The notes below the pieces were generated by a model that worked only from the letters and a program-made list of their open reading frames with translations, had not been told where the DNA came from and ran no database searches. From Glycera tridactyla (Eukaryota): a stretch of 64,000 nt of DNA. Within the stretch, counting starts at the first letter, position 1, and the number at the start of each line of letters is the position of its first letter. Of the stretch, positions 1-12,640 are shown piece by piece. Location of the stretch: assembly GCA_965644265.1 (NCBI GenBank), contig OZ286459.1, positions 106,826,001 through 106,890,000 on the forward strand, in the 5' to 3' direction. Position numbers and translations under genes: made by a program.

Positions 1-480
1 CGCAAAAACAATCTATTTAATCCTGGAAATGGGAATAGATGGTGCCATCAGAATGCATCTCATGATCTCACCATTTGCCATCATGAAAGTCTCACATAAT
101 TGACATGGTGTCTAGTATCTGCTCGCCGAGGATTGGAATGGCTCCTAAAGTTGCTCCTGATTTATGATTATTCATGATGGTTTGTTCGGTGTGATTGGGT
201 TTTATTGCTTATTTAGGAAGATAAGAAATGTCCCGTTTTCGCCACTACACCCTCAGTGAATATTGAATCATACCTCCAGAACCCGATGCTAGGTTCATTT
301 ACTTTATAGCGGAGGTGCGTCTGAACTGACAACAGCAACGTGCATTTATCATCTACTCTTCAGGGTTTGTGAGAGTGGTGCCCTATGCAGCTTCCATGAA
401 TCCGGAACAGAGAGCATACCTAACCTTTGGGGTGGGTACCTGCTTGACCCCGACCCACCAACCACCATGGAGGTTATATG

Positions 481-560
481 GATAGAATAGAAAAGAATAG
501 AACTGAATATAATAGAATAGAACTTTATTTAATCTCGTACAATATCTACAATCATTTGAT
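481..560 (-). mobile_element. Possible LINE/SINE 3'-tail remnant
   Basis: The minus strand reads AAATAAAG followed by a degenerate (TTCTA)n tail. Confidence 0.35.
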
Positions 561-1237
561 CAACCCGAGGACGGGTTTCATCCTGCATATACGATGATGA
601 TGAACCAGAGCTAGTCATGTAACCAGGATTCTTTTGAGACACTGAATATGAGGAATATCAAGAAGGTCATACCCAAGTTGGAATTGCTCTGTGAAACATG
701 TGAAGCCATCAATGCAGCTTTTATTTCCAATACAATGAGGACTCGAGCAAAGGTCATTGAACCTACAAATGATTACCTTTACAAGATATATTCGGGAGTT
801 TAGGATAAATTCTCTCTGCTTCAACTTGATAATAACATAATGAGATTGGGTTCCCAAACCGCGGACGTTGTCTTTCGTCACGCTCATAATCTCAACCTGT
901 CTCAATCTGAGGTTCATTAAGATGACAAATCATTGAATATACCGTCTTATTCCCGGCTTTCGGTGCAGGAACCGTCACCCTATATCAGTTCCCGATGCAA
1001 TTGGACATTTGCCAACCAGGAACCTCATATACATTAGTTCCATCATGAAAAGGTTGTCAATCTTAGTAATGGCTTTTCCATGCTGAGTATTTTCGTGATG
1101 GTGGCATTGGGATTAATGTGGTCCAGCGAGAGACCCGTGCGTGCATTGTCGTGCGCGGTGACACAGCGCAATGCCATTGAAGTCGCGAACGATGGCAGAG
1201 CATGATATTAACCTAAAGTCTCCATTAAGGGAGCCTA

Positions 1238-2508
1238 GACACGCATAGTCAGTCATGTTGCAGCACTAGTATTAATATTTCATCCCATGTGAAGCCACAT
1301 GTCCATTTTGCCGATGATTATTGGTTGGAAAATGACCCAAATGCACATTATTTGCATCTACCCTAGGGTCTAATATAGTGAAATTATGATGATTAGTCTA
1401 AAATATGGTTGGGAATGGGTTCAGGAGAATTTATCACTGTAGTCAGTTCAAATAGCATGACATACGTTGCGACGTGATGAAACCTCTATCAGATTGTTGG
1501 TCAATTCATCAATAGTTTTGCAGCCATGCGTTCATGCACATGTGTATTTCCATTGTCTGATGTGTCCTATATATAGCACACATGTGTTGAACAGATGGCA
1601 CCATTCATTGCGGGCATTTTTGTTGGAATTGCATCGATTACCACATCAAACTTGCCCTTTTTATAGCTATTACCTGCCCATTGTGAGGGAACGATACGAT
1701 GGAGAGATTCTTGGATGTACCATCTGAGGTTGTCGTCAAATGTTGGTAAAAGAACCATTGCTATATCTCGCCAAATTAGAGGATTGTTCCCAGTGCCTTC
1801 CTCTCTTTCACATTTTCAGTCCAATACAAGCCACTCGAATTAGCCAACATATACGGTTGCACCTTTACACATAAAGTGATCACTGTAGACAAGGGAGGCA
1901 CGTGAAAAAAATAGGTCCTGGTGTGGAACACCACTGCCGTGATCTCTTGTGTGCAGGTTTTGGAGAGGTGGTCATTTGAACAGGGTCGACTGTATACTTT
2001 CATAGGTCTGGTTTGTTGTCTTGGAAACACTGCTAGCAACCCGACGTGTTCAAATTGAAGTTGAACCTACTTGAATTGGCTACAAATTGGCTACAGATTC
2101 CACTCTAAGCCGACCAAAGGTAGTATGTGTAGACAGGTTTGACTATACATATGACATTCATATCTTTCAAAAGTGTCTTAACTCAATATATGCCTAGGAA
2201 GAGGGATGATGTGTGTATGGGTTGATATGTTTCCCTGAGAAAACGTTGTGATGGTGAAAGATGATATTTTGAAGGTATTATTTGAGGGAAGGATGGAGGC
2301 AGAGGAAAAGTTGTAATCAAAATTCACAGAAGTCTCGAGAGCTGATTTATAGTTGGCATGCAGGCTGGTTGACCTTATTGGGGCCTGTGTCATATGACAT
2401 CTGGTCTGAGCTGACAGGATCTGGGTCAAGACTAGGCTTCATGACATCTTGCTGAGCTGGGATCACATTAATAGTCATCTAGTCAGCATTATGACTAGAA
2501 TGCGTGAC
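1238..2508. mobile_element. Old inverted-repeat pair (1238-1303 / 2443-2508), possible decayed DNA-transposon termini
   Basis: About 48 of ~70 aligned positions are identical between the left arm and the reverse complement of the right arm (hand alignment). TTAA lies just outside both arms. Confidence 0.35.
1955..2147. mobile_element. Two right-end fragments of the same MITE family
   Basis: GAGGTGGTCATTTGAACAGGGTCGACTG|TA (ends 1992) and AGACAGGTTTGACTA|TA (ends 2145). Confidence 0.5.
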
Positions 2509-3049
2509 TGTTAAGTCTGCCTCCACTGTCATCCGAAATTATCAGACCCCCGCAATTGTGCTTTGGGTCACATCACCAGCATGTGACAAGCANNNNNNNN
2601 NNNNNNNNNNNNNNNNNNNNNNNNNNNNNNNNNNNNNNNNNNNNNNNNNNNNNNNNNNNNNNNNNNNNNNNNNNNNNNNNNNNNNNNNNNNNNNNNNNNN
2701 NNNNNNNNNNNNNNNNNNNNNNNNNNNNNNNNCCTCCCTCTATCTCTCTCCCTCTCTCTCTCTCTCCCTCTCTCTCTCTCCCTTTCCCTCTCATTTCTCT
2801 CTCACTTTCTCTCTACTTCTCCCCTTTCTCTCGCTTTCCGGGTCCCCCACCTCGAGAGAGTGTAAAGTAAGGAGTGATCTATCAAGACGAATGATCGAAA
2901 TTCCCGAATCGACCTCACATATATCGCAGTTCCACTTTGGCGATAAGAATGGAAAAGAAAAAGACAAGTCAAATACCAACCAACCTTGCTTTTGAAAATC
3001 AAAGCAAGATTGTGAGCCGATGAAATCAGCCAAGAAACCTTTATTTTTA

Positions 3050-3520
3050 ATCGACTACCGTTGTTTTGTAAATAGACGTTGACAATGATCCTGTGGGAGT
3101 TGGCGACTAACAGTGGCCTAATGTGGCGGCCTATTGTGTGAGAGTCGCTGGCATTATTGGCTCAGCTATCGGGGGAATCGTTGACTGCAGAGAAACCGAT
3201 TGCCTTCTAACGAATTTACCCGATTCGGACACCAGGCGTATTGTATGAGCGAGAAAACCCTCATCATCGCGCGATTACATTTGTTCAGGCTGCATACTGC
3301 GTCTTTAATGTTATTACTCGCTGGACAATGTTAAAAGAACGTCGGTATTCCCGTGAGAGGAGCACCGACTGAATAGCAAAACGGCCGGTCGCTACGCCTT
3401 CCTGATGTCACAGGGGGTAGCGTTATCAACTAGTGGTCCACGCCCACCTGTCAGGCGTGAATCTGGCCACGGCGCCGGCACTAAATGAGTTCCCTCCATT
3501 GGGGTTCTCCCTAATTTTTC
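3050..3520. promoter_or_regulatory. CpG-enriched segment, possible regulatory island or TE interior
   Basis: Visibly higher CpG density than the flanks (e.g. ACGGCCGGTCGCTACGCC, CCACGGCGCCGGC). Confidence 0.2.
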
Positions 3521-4435
3521 GATTAATAGTCATAATACACGGGCATTGAGGGTTGCCAAGGTGTACCATAATTCACCACATTCAACCGAATCAAACAATA
3601 GCATCTCCTGAGTCGAGATATGAATATGAAAATGAAATGTGAAATTGTACTTGGCATATAGTGCTCGGTGGAATGCAGTTTGGCCTTGCTTTGCTAGTTC
3701 CTGATCCATAGAGTGAGCCTCTGCCATATACAATTATTGCATATATTAATGATACATTGTGTATTTTGTATGGAGTTCGAGTATGATTTGTGTATGTCTG
3801 TCTGTTCCTCGAGCCAGCCCATGTGTGGTTCTTCTTGACCGGGTCCATATTGAGGAGAATGAGCATACATGCATATGTTGCAGCTTGTGATTGGTCATTC
3901 CCCCACTCTGGAGCCATTCCTTGTTTTTCGGATTTTAAGCCTTGACTAAGATGAAGGAAATCTTGTTTTAAGCAGTACCCATTATGATACATAATTGAAA
4001 ATATCAACTTCAGGTTTTCCAGCTTCACCTGAGGCCACAGAGCAGTCTCTGTACTGATTGCTATCATCTTGTGTTCAAGCTTTGTGGAAGTGATGCCGGC
4101 AAGGGGCAGAGCATCCGACTTTCATTGACCAGGACAATGCGTCATACGCTATACCTTGGCTTTATATATCGTTAAACGTCAAACAGATGAAAATTATACA
4201 TNNNNNNNNNNNNNNNNNNNNNNNNNNNNNNNNNNNNNNNNNNNNNNNNNNNNNNNNNNNNNNNNNNNNNNNNNNNNNNNNNNNNNNNNNNNNNNNNNNN
4301 NNNNNNNNNNNNNNNNNNNNNNNNNNNNNNNNNNNNNNNNNNNNNNNCTCATTGCATTCCCACACGAACTAATACACCTGCAAGCCTCTGCTCCCCACAT
4401 ATATCATGTCACATTCACAGCATGCACGAACACTG

Positions 4436-4436
<1 letters not shown>

Positions 4437-4506
<70 letters not shown>

Positions 4507-4685
4507 CACACACAAACACTCATACACATATGAGCACTCATACATACGCACACACACACGAACACGAACACACACACACACATACACATACACACACACG
4601 CACACACACACTCGAACTCACACACAAACATACACACAAACACTCAAATACACGAACCCTCACACATGAACACATGCACACGCAC

Positions 4686-4724
<39 letters not shown>

Positions 4725-4990
4725 CACTCATACACATACATGCACACAGGCACACACATAGACACGCACACACATGCACACACGCGCACGCACACACGAA
4801 CCCTTCCCCCCCCCACCACACACACGAACACGCGCACCTGGTGCCTGTTCCTATTTCGTATGTGTGTGCGTGTGTGTGTGTTCGTGTGTGTGCGTATGTA
4901 TGAGTGCTCATATGTGTATGAGTGTTTGTGTGTGAGCCCCCCCCCCCCACACACACACACGAACACGCGCACCTGGTGCCTGTTCCTATT
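4437..4990. repeat. Compound (CA)n microsatellite region with an internal inverted and direct duplication
   Basis: Pure (CA)n at ~4440-4503; a 54-nt perfect inverted pair at 4504-4557/4884-4937; a 39-nt direct pair at 4817-4855/4952-4990. Confidence 0.9.
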
Positions 4991-5139
4991 CTGTATTGTT
5001 TTGTGAGGATGTTCATGGAGATTCCATCAGACTCGATTTGCCTCCTCCTCCTACCCTAGAGAAAGGAGGAGGAGAAGGGGAGGAGAGGACAGAGAAGGAG
5101 GAGGGATATCCGGTTGGCTATATGGGTCACTTTGAAGGC

Positions 5140-5620
5140 CGCCGGCCACAAAAGGATAATTCCTATCGATCAAACGACGCCTCACGTGCGGCCCTTCTCC
5201 GCGTAGGGATTTTGAGTTTGCATATTGTTCAATAGCCAGCACACTCCCGACAGATGGCGCCCCAATCTAAATTCACATGACCCCCTCCTTCGCCTCTCTC
5301 CACACTGCAGTCAAAACAACCCCGCGTCTGCTGAGTGGTTCAACGGCTGACCAGACATTCACCACCTTGCTGGGCTATTGAGGGCATTCTTGCTTTGAAA
5401 GGGAGTGGTGATGGTATCTTTAGGATCCAAGATGGCGGTGTCCACGTGTCAGATAGAATCTATTCCCAGCTGGACTAGCCCACGTGCACCTTGCTTATCT
5501 ACAATCATGAATAATAATCACGTCCAGCGGCAATTTGTTGACAACGTCACTGCCGGCAGAGGACGTTATTCATCAACGTAACCCTTTACTTCATTTGAAT
5601 CCTGAAATGAGTTGAATCTT
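5140..5620. promoter_or_regulatory. CpG-enriched segment with YY1-like and CTCF-like motifs
   Basis: CCGACAGATGGCGC (5247-5260, CTCF-like), CAAGATGGCGG (5428-5438, YY1 consensus) and visibly raised CpG density. Motif match only. Confidence 0.3.
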
Positions 5621-7170
5621 TCCAACAGCGGCATCATTGTAGCATTTGTTTGTTTGTTTGTCAGAGCCTTAAGGTTCTGATCTCCCCAGTGCTGCTGTTA
5701 GCTATTTATGGGTGATTGGTCTAATCTTGGAGAGGCGCAACCATCTTTCTGATGTGGCTCCACCACACATATCTGATAACAACTCAATATGCCGGGATTT
5801 GACCCATAATTGGTTGGTTCTGTCCCAATCAGCCTAAGGGAGGCTTTAGAAAGCTGACAGCTCACTGTGGCACACAACTCTTGGACAGCTGCTCTTCTCT
5901 CAAGGTATCATATTCAAATGTCGGTGTGATTNNNNNNNNNNNNNNNNNNNNNNNNNNNNNNNNNNNNNNNNNNNNNNNNNNNNNNNNNNNNNNNNNNNNN
6001 NNNNNNNNNNNNNNNNNNNNNNNNNNNNNNNNNNNNNNNNNNNNNNNNNNNNNNNNNNNNNNNNNNNNNNNNNNNNNNNNNNNNNNNNNNNNNNNNNNCT
6101 CTCTTTCTTCCTCCATCTATTTCATTCTCTCAGCCCTTCCCCTCTCACTCTCGGTCCCCTTTCTTCTCACCCTCTCTCCCTCTTACCCCCCTCTCTCTCT
6201 CACACTCTCTCTCCTCGTCTCCTTCCTTCCTTCCTTCCTTCCTTCACTCTCCTTTGTTGGCGCGGCACACGTATGCACACATCTGCTGTCTCTAGTGTGG
6301 GCCATCAGTGTCGGGATCAGGAAGCGGGTCTGTGGCAGGGACAGTCGATGGCGGTATCGGTTGCTTTCCTGGGACTACTAGTCGGACTGTGGGCCAGTGG
6401 ATTGGCTGTATACGGCTGGATTAATGAGGTCTGTGCCGCCATATTCCAGCTATCATAGTATATTCCACAAGGAAATCAAATGCGCGCACTAGGCTGGCAA
6501 TGCCGTACAAGCGTGCTGTCTATATTATTAACTAGGGCTTACTCGGCCGCTTCTGCATCGCTCGCTCCTAGATATTANNNNNNNNNNNNNNNNNNNNNNN
6601 NNNNNNNNNNNNNNNNNNNNNNNNNNNNNNNNNNNNNNNNNNNNNNNNNNNNNNNNNNNNNNNNNNNNNNNNNNNNNNNNNNNNNNNNNNNNNNNNNNNN
6701 NNNNNNNNNNNNTACTAACACACGTACACATGCCCATGTCCTGATGCAGGACATTCCCACACATAAGGCTTGGATTGATTGCTGGGACAGACGAAAGGAC
6801 AGACAGACAAACAGACAGACAGATTCAGAGCTAGTAGACAGGCAGATGTACAGGCAGACAGAGAGACACAGAGTGATGGAAAGAGAGATAGCCAGATATA
6901 TGGGTATGGCTCAATATGCAGAAAAGTGGATGGATGGATGGATCGATGGATTGATTGATGGATCGGTGGATGGATGGATGGATGGATGGATGGATGGATG
7001 GATTGATCGATCGATCGATGGATGTAGGGGGCCGGATAGATGAGAAGTGGTAAGTCGGCTTTTAGGTCTTGGTTTTCTAGCATATGCTGATTAATTCCAG
7101 TAAGAGTTTTTGTTCCATATCATAAACAAAGAGATGAGTTTTTTGGGAGTTTTTTTTCTATTTTTCGCAG

Positions 7171-7257
7171 GTCCGTGATTTATTCCTGCCAAGATATCAA
7201 TTATCATGGTAACAGGGTAATTGTATTGATCGTATTTTCTCTCTTTTCTGTTTGTAG
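7171..7257 (+). CDS. Candidate 87-nt internal exon of an unidentified host gene
   Basis: Strong acceptor TTTTTTTTCTATTTTTCGCAG| and consensus donor AG|GTAAGT. The length is divisible by 3 and one frame is open (phase 2-2): SVIYSCQDINYHGNRVIVLIVFSLFSVC, ending in a hydrophobic run. No homolog recognised. Confidence 0.45.
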
Positions 7258-7595
7258 GTAAGTGGCAGTGATCTTGTGGTAGGAGGAGTGACCTTGACCT
7301 TGACACACGACATGTAAGCCAAGATAAGTATTTAGATATGTTTAGCTGGGGTCTTTTGGAGCAGAGTCTTGGTCAATACGACCGGCCTCTGTCAACAGAC
7401 CAGTGTTGACACACGACTCGACTTGACCACGCATGCTATCACCGATGTCTTCTTCTCACATTCACGCACACACGCACACACGTACACACGTACACAAACA
7501 CACCACTTCTCCCGCATCCTCACAACAAGAGGGTGGTTTTACCGGACATAAACATGTGTTCACAGATACCATCATGATTGAAGTGGTGTCGTTTC

Positions 7596-7995
7596 CAGGT
7601 GCTAGTGCAGGCAAGTGTAAGAACTGGATATCTGTGCTTCGTATTTTCCTTGGTGCTATTGCAGTCAGGTGCAGGAACTGTATATCGGTGCTTTGTTTAT
7701 TCCTTGGTGCCAATGCAGGCAAGTGCGAGAACTGTATATCGGTGCTTTGTTTATTCCTCGGTGCCAATGCAGGCAAGTGCGAGAACTGTATATCGGTGCT
7801 TTGTTTATTCATTGGTGCCAATGCAGGCAGGTGCGGGAACTTATATCGGTGCTTTGTTTATTCCTTGGTGCCAATGCAGGCAAGTGCGAGAACTGTATAT
7901 CGGTGCTTTGGATGCCAGTGCAGGCAAGCTTATGAACTGGATATCAGTGCTTTGTGCATTTCAGGAGCTAATACAGGCATGGGATATTTGTGCTT
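7596..7995. repeat. 54-bp minisatellite, ~7 units
   Basis: Unit GCAGGCAAGTGCGAGAACTGTATATCGGTGCTTTGTTTATTCCTTGGTGCCAAT. Central copies are near-identical, flanking copies are diverged, and some copies carry indels. Confidence 0.95.
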
Positions 7996-8140
7996 TCTTC
8001 ATGCGAAGATACTAGATATCCGTTTTCGTTCATCCTATGACCTAAATATCAATACTTGGTTCATTCCCCAAGAACTAGCGCTTGTGAGCACAAGAAATCA
8101 TTCATTTCTCCTTCTCTTGGTGCGAATCCGACCAAGACAG

Positions 8141-8356
8141 GGAACCCAATTCCTTGTTCAGCTCCAGTGCTATCGCAGATAAACTCGGAAATTCGATGTC
8201 AGAAGGATCAACATAAGGTGATGTACTCGCCGCTGCGCTGCACGCAGTTGATATGAGTTCTCTGTTCAGTCCCGATGCTAGTGTAGTCAGACTCAAAAAC
8301 TTGATGTCCGGAGGATCACCACAAGGTGCTATACTGCCCCTTGTGTTGCACGCAGT
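8141..8356. repeat. Degenerate 108-bp tandem duplication
   Basis: Copies offset by 108 nt (anchors TGCACGCAGT ending at 8248 and 8356), roughly 70% identical, and part of each resembles the neighbouring 54-bp unit. Confidence 0.75.
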
Positions 8357-10617
8357 TCACCGGATAGAAAGCAGTATGACGGCGGCGATGTCCGTTTGCT
8401 GTGTGTGTGTGAGTTAATGTGCATGGAAGCTCATAGCATTATAATCATATCAGCATATGCAGAGCTACTGCTCTTCTCCCACTAGGGGAATTAACGGTGA
8501 TTCATCATCTCCTTGCTCTCCCGCTATACAATTTTTGCGCAATGTCATTAATGTCTGGCGTGGAAGTACAAAATATGTATTTCACATGAAATATGGGTTA
8601 CCAAGGCAACGCTAGGAGGCGTGTAATTGGTTGTATGCTAGTGGCGGATGGAAATCGCTGGGATGGAAGGGGCTGCATGATGCTGTATTCCACTCGTGGT
8701 ACGACTGATTTCTCACCACATAAATCTGCCTCCACAGACATTACACACCCGTGATAACACTGAAGCTTCAATTAAATATTCTATAGCCTATTCTTACACA
8801 CAATTAACAAGCGCATCACCGTCACAACATGAGCAAGTCATATCCGAATTGATTCTTTCATGCCAGCATTATATTGTACTTGAGGGTGATTTGGGGGGGG
8901 GGGGGGCATCTTGCTCACCGAAGCGTGCCGTAAGCTGCGTTCACGATACAAGATCATCAAAACCTCAAGTTTCTTTCCTGTTCTCCATGTACGTCCATCT
9001 AAAAATTTTCTGAAAGCCGCCACTGCATTGATGTCCCAAAGTAGACAACAGATTGCGTGGTGAAATCGGTTGATGAAATCGACGCGTATTTAATTCGGGT
9101 GCATCCTGCTCATCTGCGGCCTAATCAATTTCACTCGGACGGGGGTAAACATGGTGTACATTTCAAGAAAGTACAGAAAGCTGATGCGATATTCTGTCAC
9201 TATCATGTGGCTGCGGTTCTAGCCAACTTTTCTCATGTAGCTGCTGAATGAATTGGACATTCAAGACACTTGAACCAGAACGCAGTCGAACAAGGGATCA
9301 TCATCATCGTCATCATCGTCAACAACACCAACAGCAACAATCATCATCATCATCGTCATCAACAAGAACAGCAACAATCATCATCAGCATGACCATGACG
9401 ATCATGATGTGATATCGGTGGTATTATCAGTAGTTGGGGTGATGGTGGTGTTGGTGTTGGTGGTGATGTTGTAGGTGCTGGTAGATCTGTTGGCTGATGG
9501 TATTTGAACAAGATTCAATGGATGCTAAGCAGACTAGATAAAGGAGTAGTATGTTAGATTATGTGTTGGCGCACTGAGTGCCACGCGCGCCCACTTATAT
9601 CCATTACCCGTGAATTTATAGCAGCAGATTCAGTTCTAATTGCGTTTGATTTATTCAGTAATCTGATATAAGAGGGTGACGTACAAATTATATGTATAGT
9701 GCATTCAATTATCAACCACCACTCCATCTTTGCGAAGCTCGCCTGTCTGTTCCAAAGTAACCCTCACTTTTCTGACCTCAAATTGGCCTGTTACTCTGTA
9801 ACGCACGCAATGTCAGAGACAAAAGCATTACCAATGGCGTATGTATATTGCTTATGTCTGTATTGTGAGACGCAATTTGGTTCGATGTTCGAACTCGCAT
9901 ATGTTCTATACATACGAGAGTTGCTATTGAAATATCATCACACAATGTAATGACGAAATTTTGAGTAGGATAGCTGCGAGAAAAGTATTGCAATTGACGT
10001 CATAATGGATAGAATCCAGGATTGCAAGTGCAGCAAACTATTGTGATATTATGATTGTAAGAGTGGTTGAGGGGATGTGATTCACTTAGGATTGAGGATG
10101 ATCTCAGACCGATCCTGAGAGGAATGACGCTGAAAGAAATATCAAAGGCNNNNNNNNNNNNNNNNNNNNNNNNNNNNNNNNNNNNNNNNNNNNNNNNNNN
10201 NNNNNNNNNNNNNNNNNNNNNNNNNNNNNNNNNNNNNNNNNNNNNNNNNNNNNNNNNNNNNNNNNNNNNNNNNNNNNNNNNNNNNNNNNNNNNNNNNNNN
10301 NNNNNNNNNNNNNNNNNNNNNNNNNNNNNNNNNTCACATACATACAAGTCTCATGTCTACTGATATGGAGTGTGTTAAAGCAGCTAGACAGAGACTGTAT
10401 ATCTGGTAATCTAGCCCGTGTCATTGCTCATTCGGGCAGCATCTTCATTATTGACTTTATGAATGAGATCTAGTCATGATATCAGGCCACTTCCCTCCGC
10501 CTTAACGACCAGCCACCCGTCTCCCCGCCCCCCCCCCCCCACTCCTCCTTCTTCTCCCAACATTTGCTGCTTCTGACTTGCTCGACGAATGCCAACGACT
10601 AGTGGAGCCAGACCTCT

Positions 10618-10900
10618 CATATCGTCTCGTGTCTCGAAACTCCCCGCGGTGACCCATTCATACGTTGTTTTGACACTTGGCAAAGTGGAAGATGGGTATA
10701 TGCACAACTTATAAAATATGTCTGAAATCTTTGCAAGAGTCCCCTTGCTGTATGAATGCCAACGAGGCATTTCATATTGTTTCCTGTCATCAGACTCCCT
10801 GAGGTGACCCATCCATACTTTGCTTTGGAAATTGGCAAATTGCAGATTAGGAATATGTGCGACTGCCATGAAGATTGTGAGACCATTCTCGCTGTACGCT
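10618..10900. repeat. Degenerate 155-bp tandem duplication
   Basis: CATATCGTCTCGTGTC...GGTGACCCATTCATAC at 10618 aligns with CATATTGTTTCCTGTC...GGTGACCCATCCATAC at 10773. Confidence 0.65.
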
Positions 10901-12439
10901 TGCCAAGTAGAACTCTGTTTGCAGTATGTAAAACTTTTGGAATGTGCCCGAGATGAGTGCGGTTTCTACCAGTCTTGAACATGTCCCTTCGCTGTATGGA
11001 TGTAGACCAAGACATTCCTATTGTGATTGTTGTGAGTATCAATGCAGTGACAGAAGCACATCAATTGCTAACTTCTAGCAGAGTGTGAACGTGGGGAATA
11101 TGGTCAAGTTGTAGAAAACTGTCCTAAATGTTCGGATGAGTCCAGGGAATCTGTGCCGAATCTGAGCGACTCTGGTCCAGGGTTGATTGAATGTGAGTAG
11201 GATTGAATGCAATGCCGTGTCTGTCCGCAAGTATTTTAACATGGCTATATAGGAAAGGAACCGGGTCAGTGAGACATATCGGTCATATCCCACTCGATAG
11301 TACAACAAAGTTCTGTGAGGATCCTTTTAGAATCCTGACAATAGAGTCATGTTTGTCAACGTGCTATTAGCAAAGGAGGTAAAAGAAGGATTTATGATGA
11401 AGCCCTCCTCCCCTTCTCGATGAAATGGTGATAATGAAAAAGGATCTGAAAGAATTTCAAAATACATTCCGAACCGGACCTTCTTCATCGTTTAACGAAT
11501 ATATCTTGTTCTAATCAAGTGAAAGTGTATCCTGGGAAGCGGCGTCGATGTTGAAATAAAATTGTTTTATCTACATTTGTTTGTAAAATATCGCCGGATG
11601 GATGGCAAACGAAGCTAATCATCACATATATTCTGACACCTTCCGCATCTTGTTTATATCCAACATCTCCAATAACCTAAATTCTACCCCATGATTACTG
11701 ACCTACCCCTCTCAGTCCAACCTCTCAGTTGGTCTGCCTGCCTTATTTCCTGTGCACAAGATAAAAGCAATTATCTGTCGAGTGGGACCCCAAGTTCAGC
11801 AAATGGCACTTGCCGACGCCGGCTAAGGCCGACTAGGGCCATGTACAAATGTTTGGTGTTCCTATTAGATGTCATCTTGACTGCATAATCAGCAGCTAGA
11901 GATGCGTTTATCATCCGGGATGCGACTGGATATGAGAGAGATGGGCAGAAGGGCCAATCACCTAGCATTCCAAGTAGACGGACCAACTTCACTATAGTTC
12001 TGATAAAACTGGATTAGCGTTGCTATAGCAACTAAGGGGTAGTTACCTCATATATCACCTGAGATCTCAGAGGCTGGAATCACACCACCGTCCTCACAAG
12101 CTGACCAGCCAGTCACCTGCAAATAAATTGACCATATTTCTTGTGCTGAGCAGATTTGGGATGGATGTAATCATCTCCTTATTCTTAAATCTAGAGGTAT
12201 CCTGATTATGGATGGGGTTTAACTATGGTAGTTATCTCTTCTCTGACGTGTTCTGGGATACCTGGGCCAAATCTTCATTTCACATCCACAAGCGTCATGC
12301 ACCTGGCTCGAGTGTGACAAAGGGTTGGTTGGTTGGCCAAAATGGACAAAGTTCAACATTTCATACCGGACCTGCACCATTATACAAATCTGCATGATCT
12401 GCACCACTCAATAAGAAGACACTTCTGTGTGGAGATCAC

Positions 12440-12640
12440 TTAATGGGAGCTCGGTACTCCACCACTTCACTTCGCCCAGGTGTGAATGGGTGCTTGGCTA
12501 CAAGCAGTGAAGGCGATTGTGAAGTGCGGAGTCCGTGGCTCTTCACTTCCCAAGGAGATGAGAAAGGACCAGACTCGAACAGGCCTGCCAAGGAATGTGA
12601 TCGAGAAGTCAGGTGATTATGCTAAGGATAACAAAGTGTA
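12440..12640 (+). mobile_element. SINE remnant (conserved central domain)
   Basis: CACTTCGCCCAGGTGTGAATGGGTGC ... CTTCCCAAGGAGATGAGAAAGG ... GAACAGGCCTGCCAAGG resembles, from memory, the conserved central and 3' domains of widespread metazoan tRNA-derived SINEs. No intact tRNA head was seen. Confidence 0.5.

Noticed and set aside
4369-5016. His/Thr-rich and Cys/Val-rich ORFs
   Set aside because: Translations of (CA)n/(TG)n microsatellite.
5804-5813. Perfect CArG box CCATAATTGG; also an RFX-like GTTACCAAGGCAAC at 8597-8610
   Set aside because: Several CArG matches are expected by chance in 64 kb; isolated motifs with no supporting context.
7433-8182. 249-aa Cys-rich ORF with GANAGKCENCISVLCLFL repeats
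   Set aside because: Produced by the 54-bp (3n) minisatellite. All frames are similarly open and internal indels shift the frame, so no coding constraint is shown.
10618-10870. Protein-like similarity between the 155-bp duplicates (HIVSCLETPRGDP / HIVSCHQTP*GDP)
   Set aside because: The synonymous fraction of differences is about neutral and the second copy has stops; kept as a repeat only.
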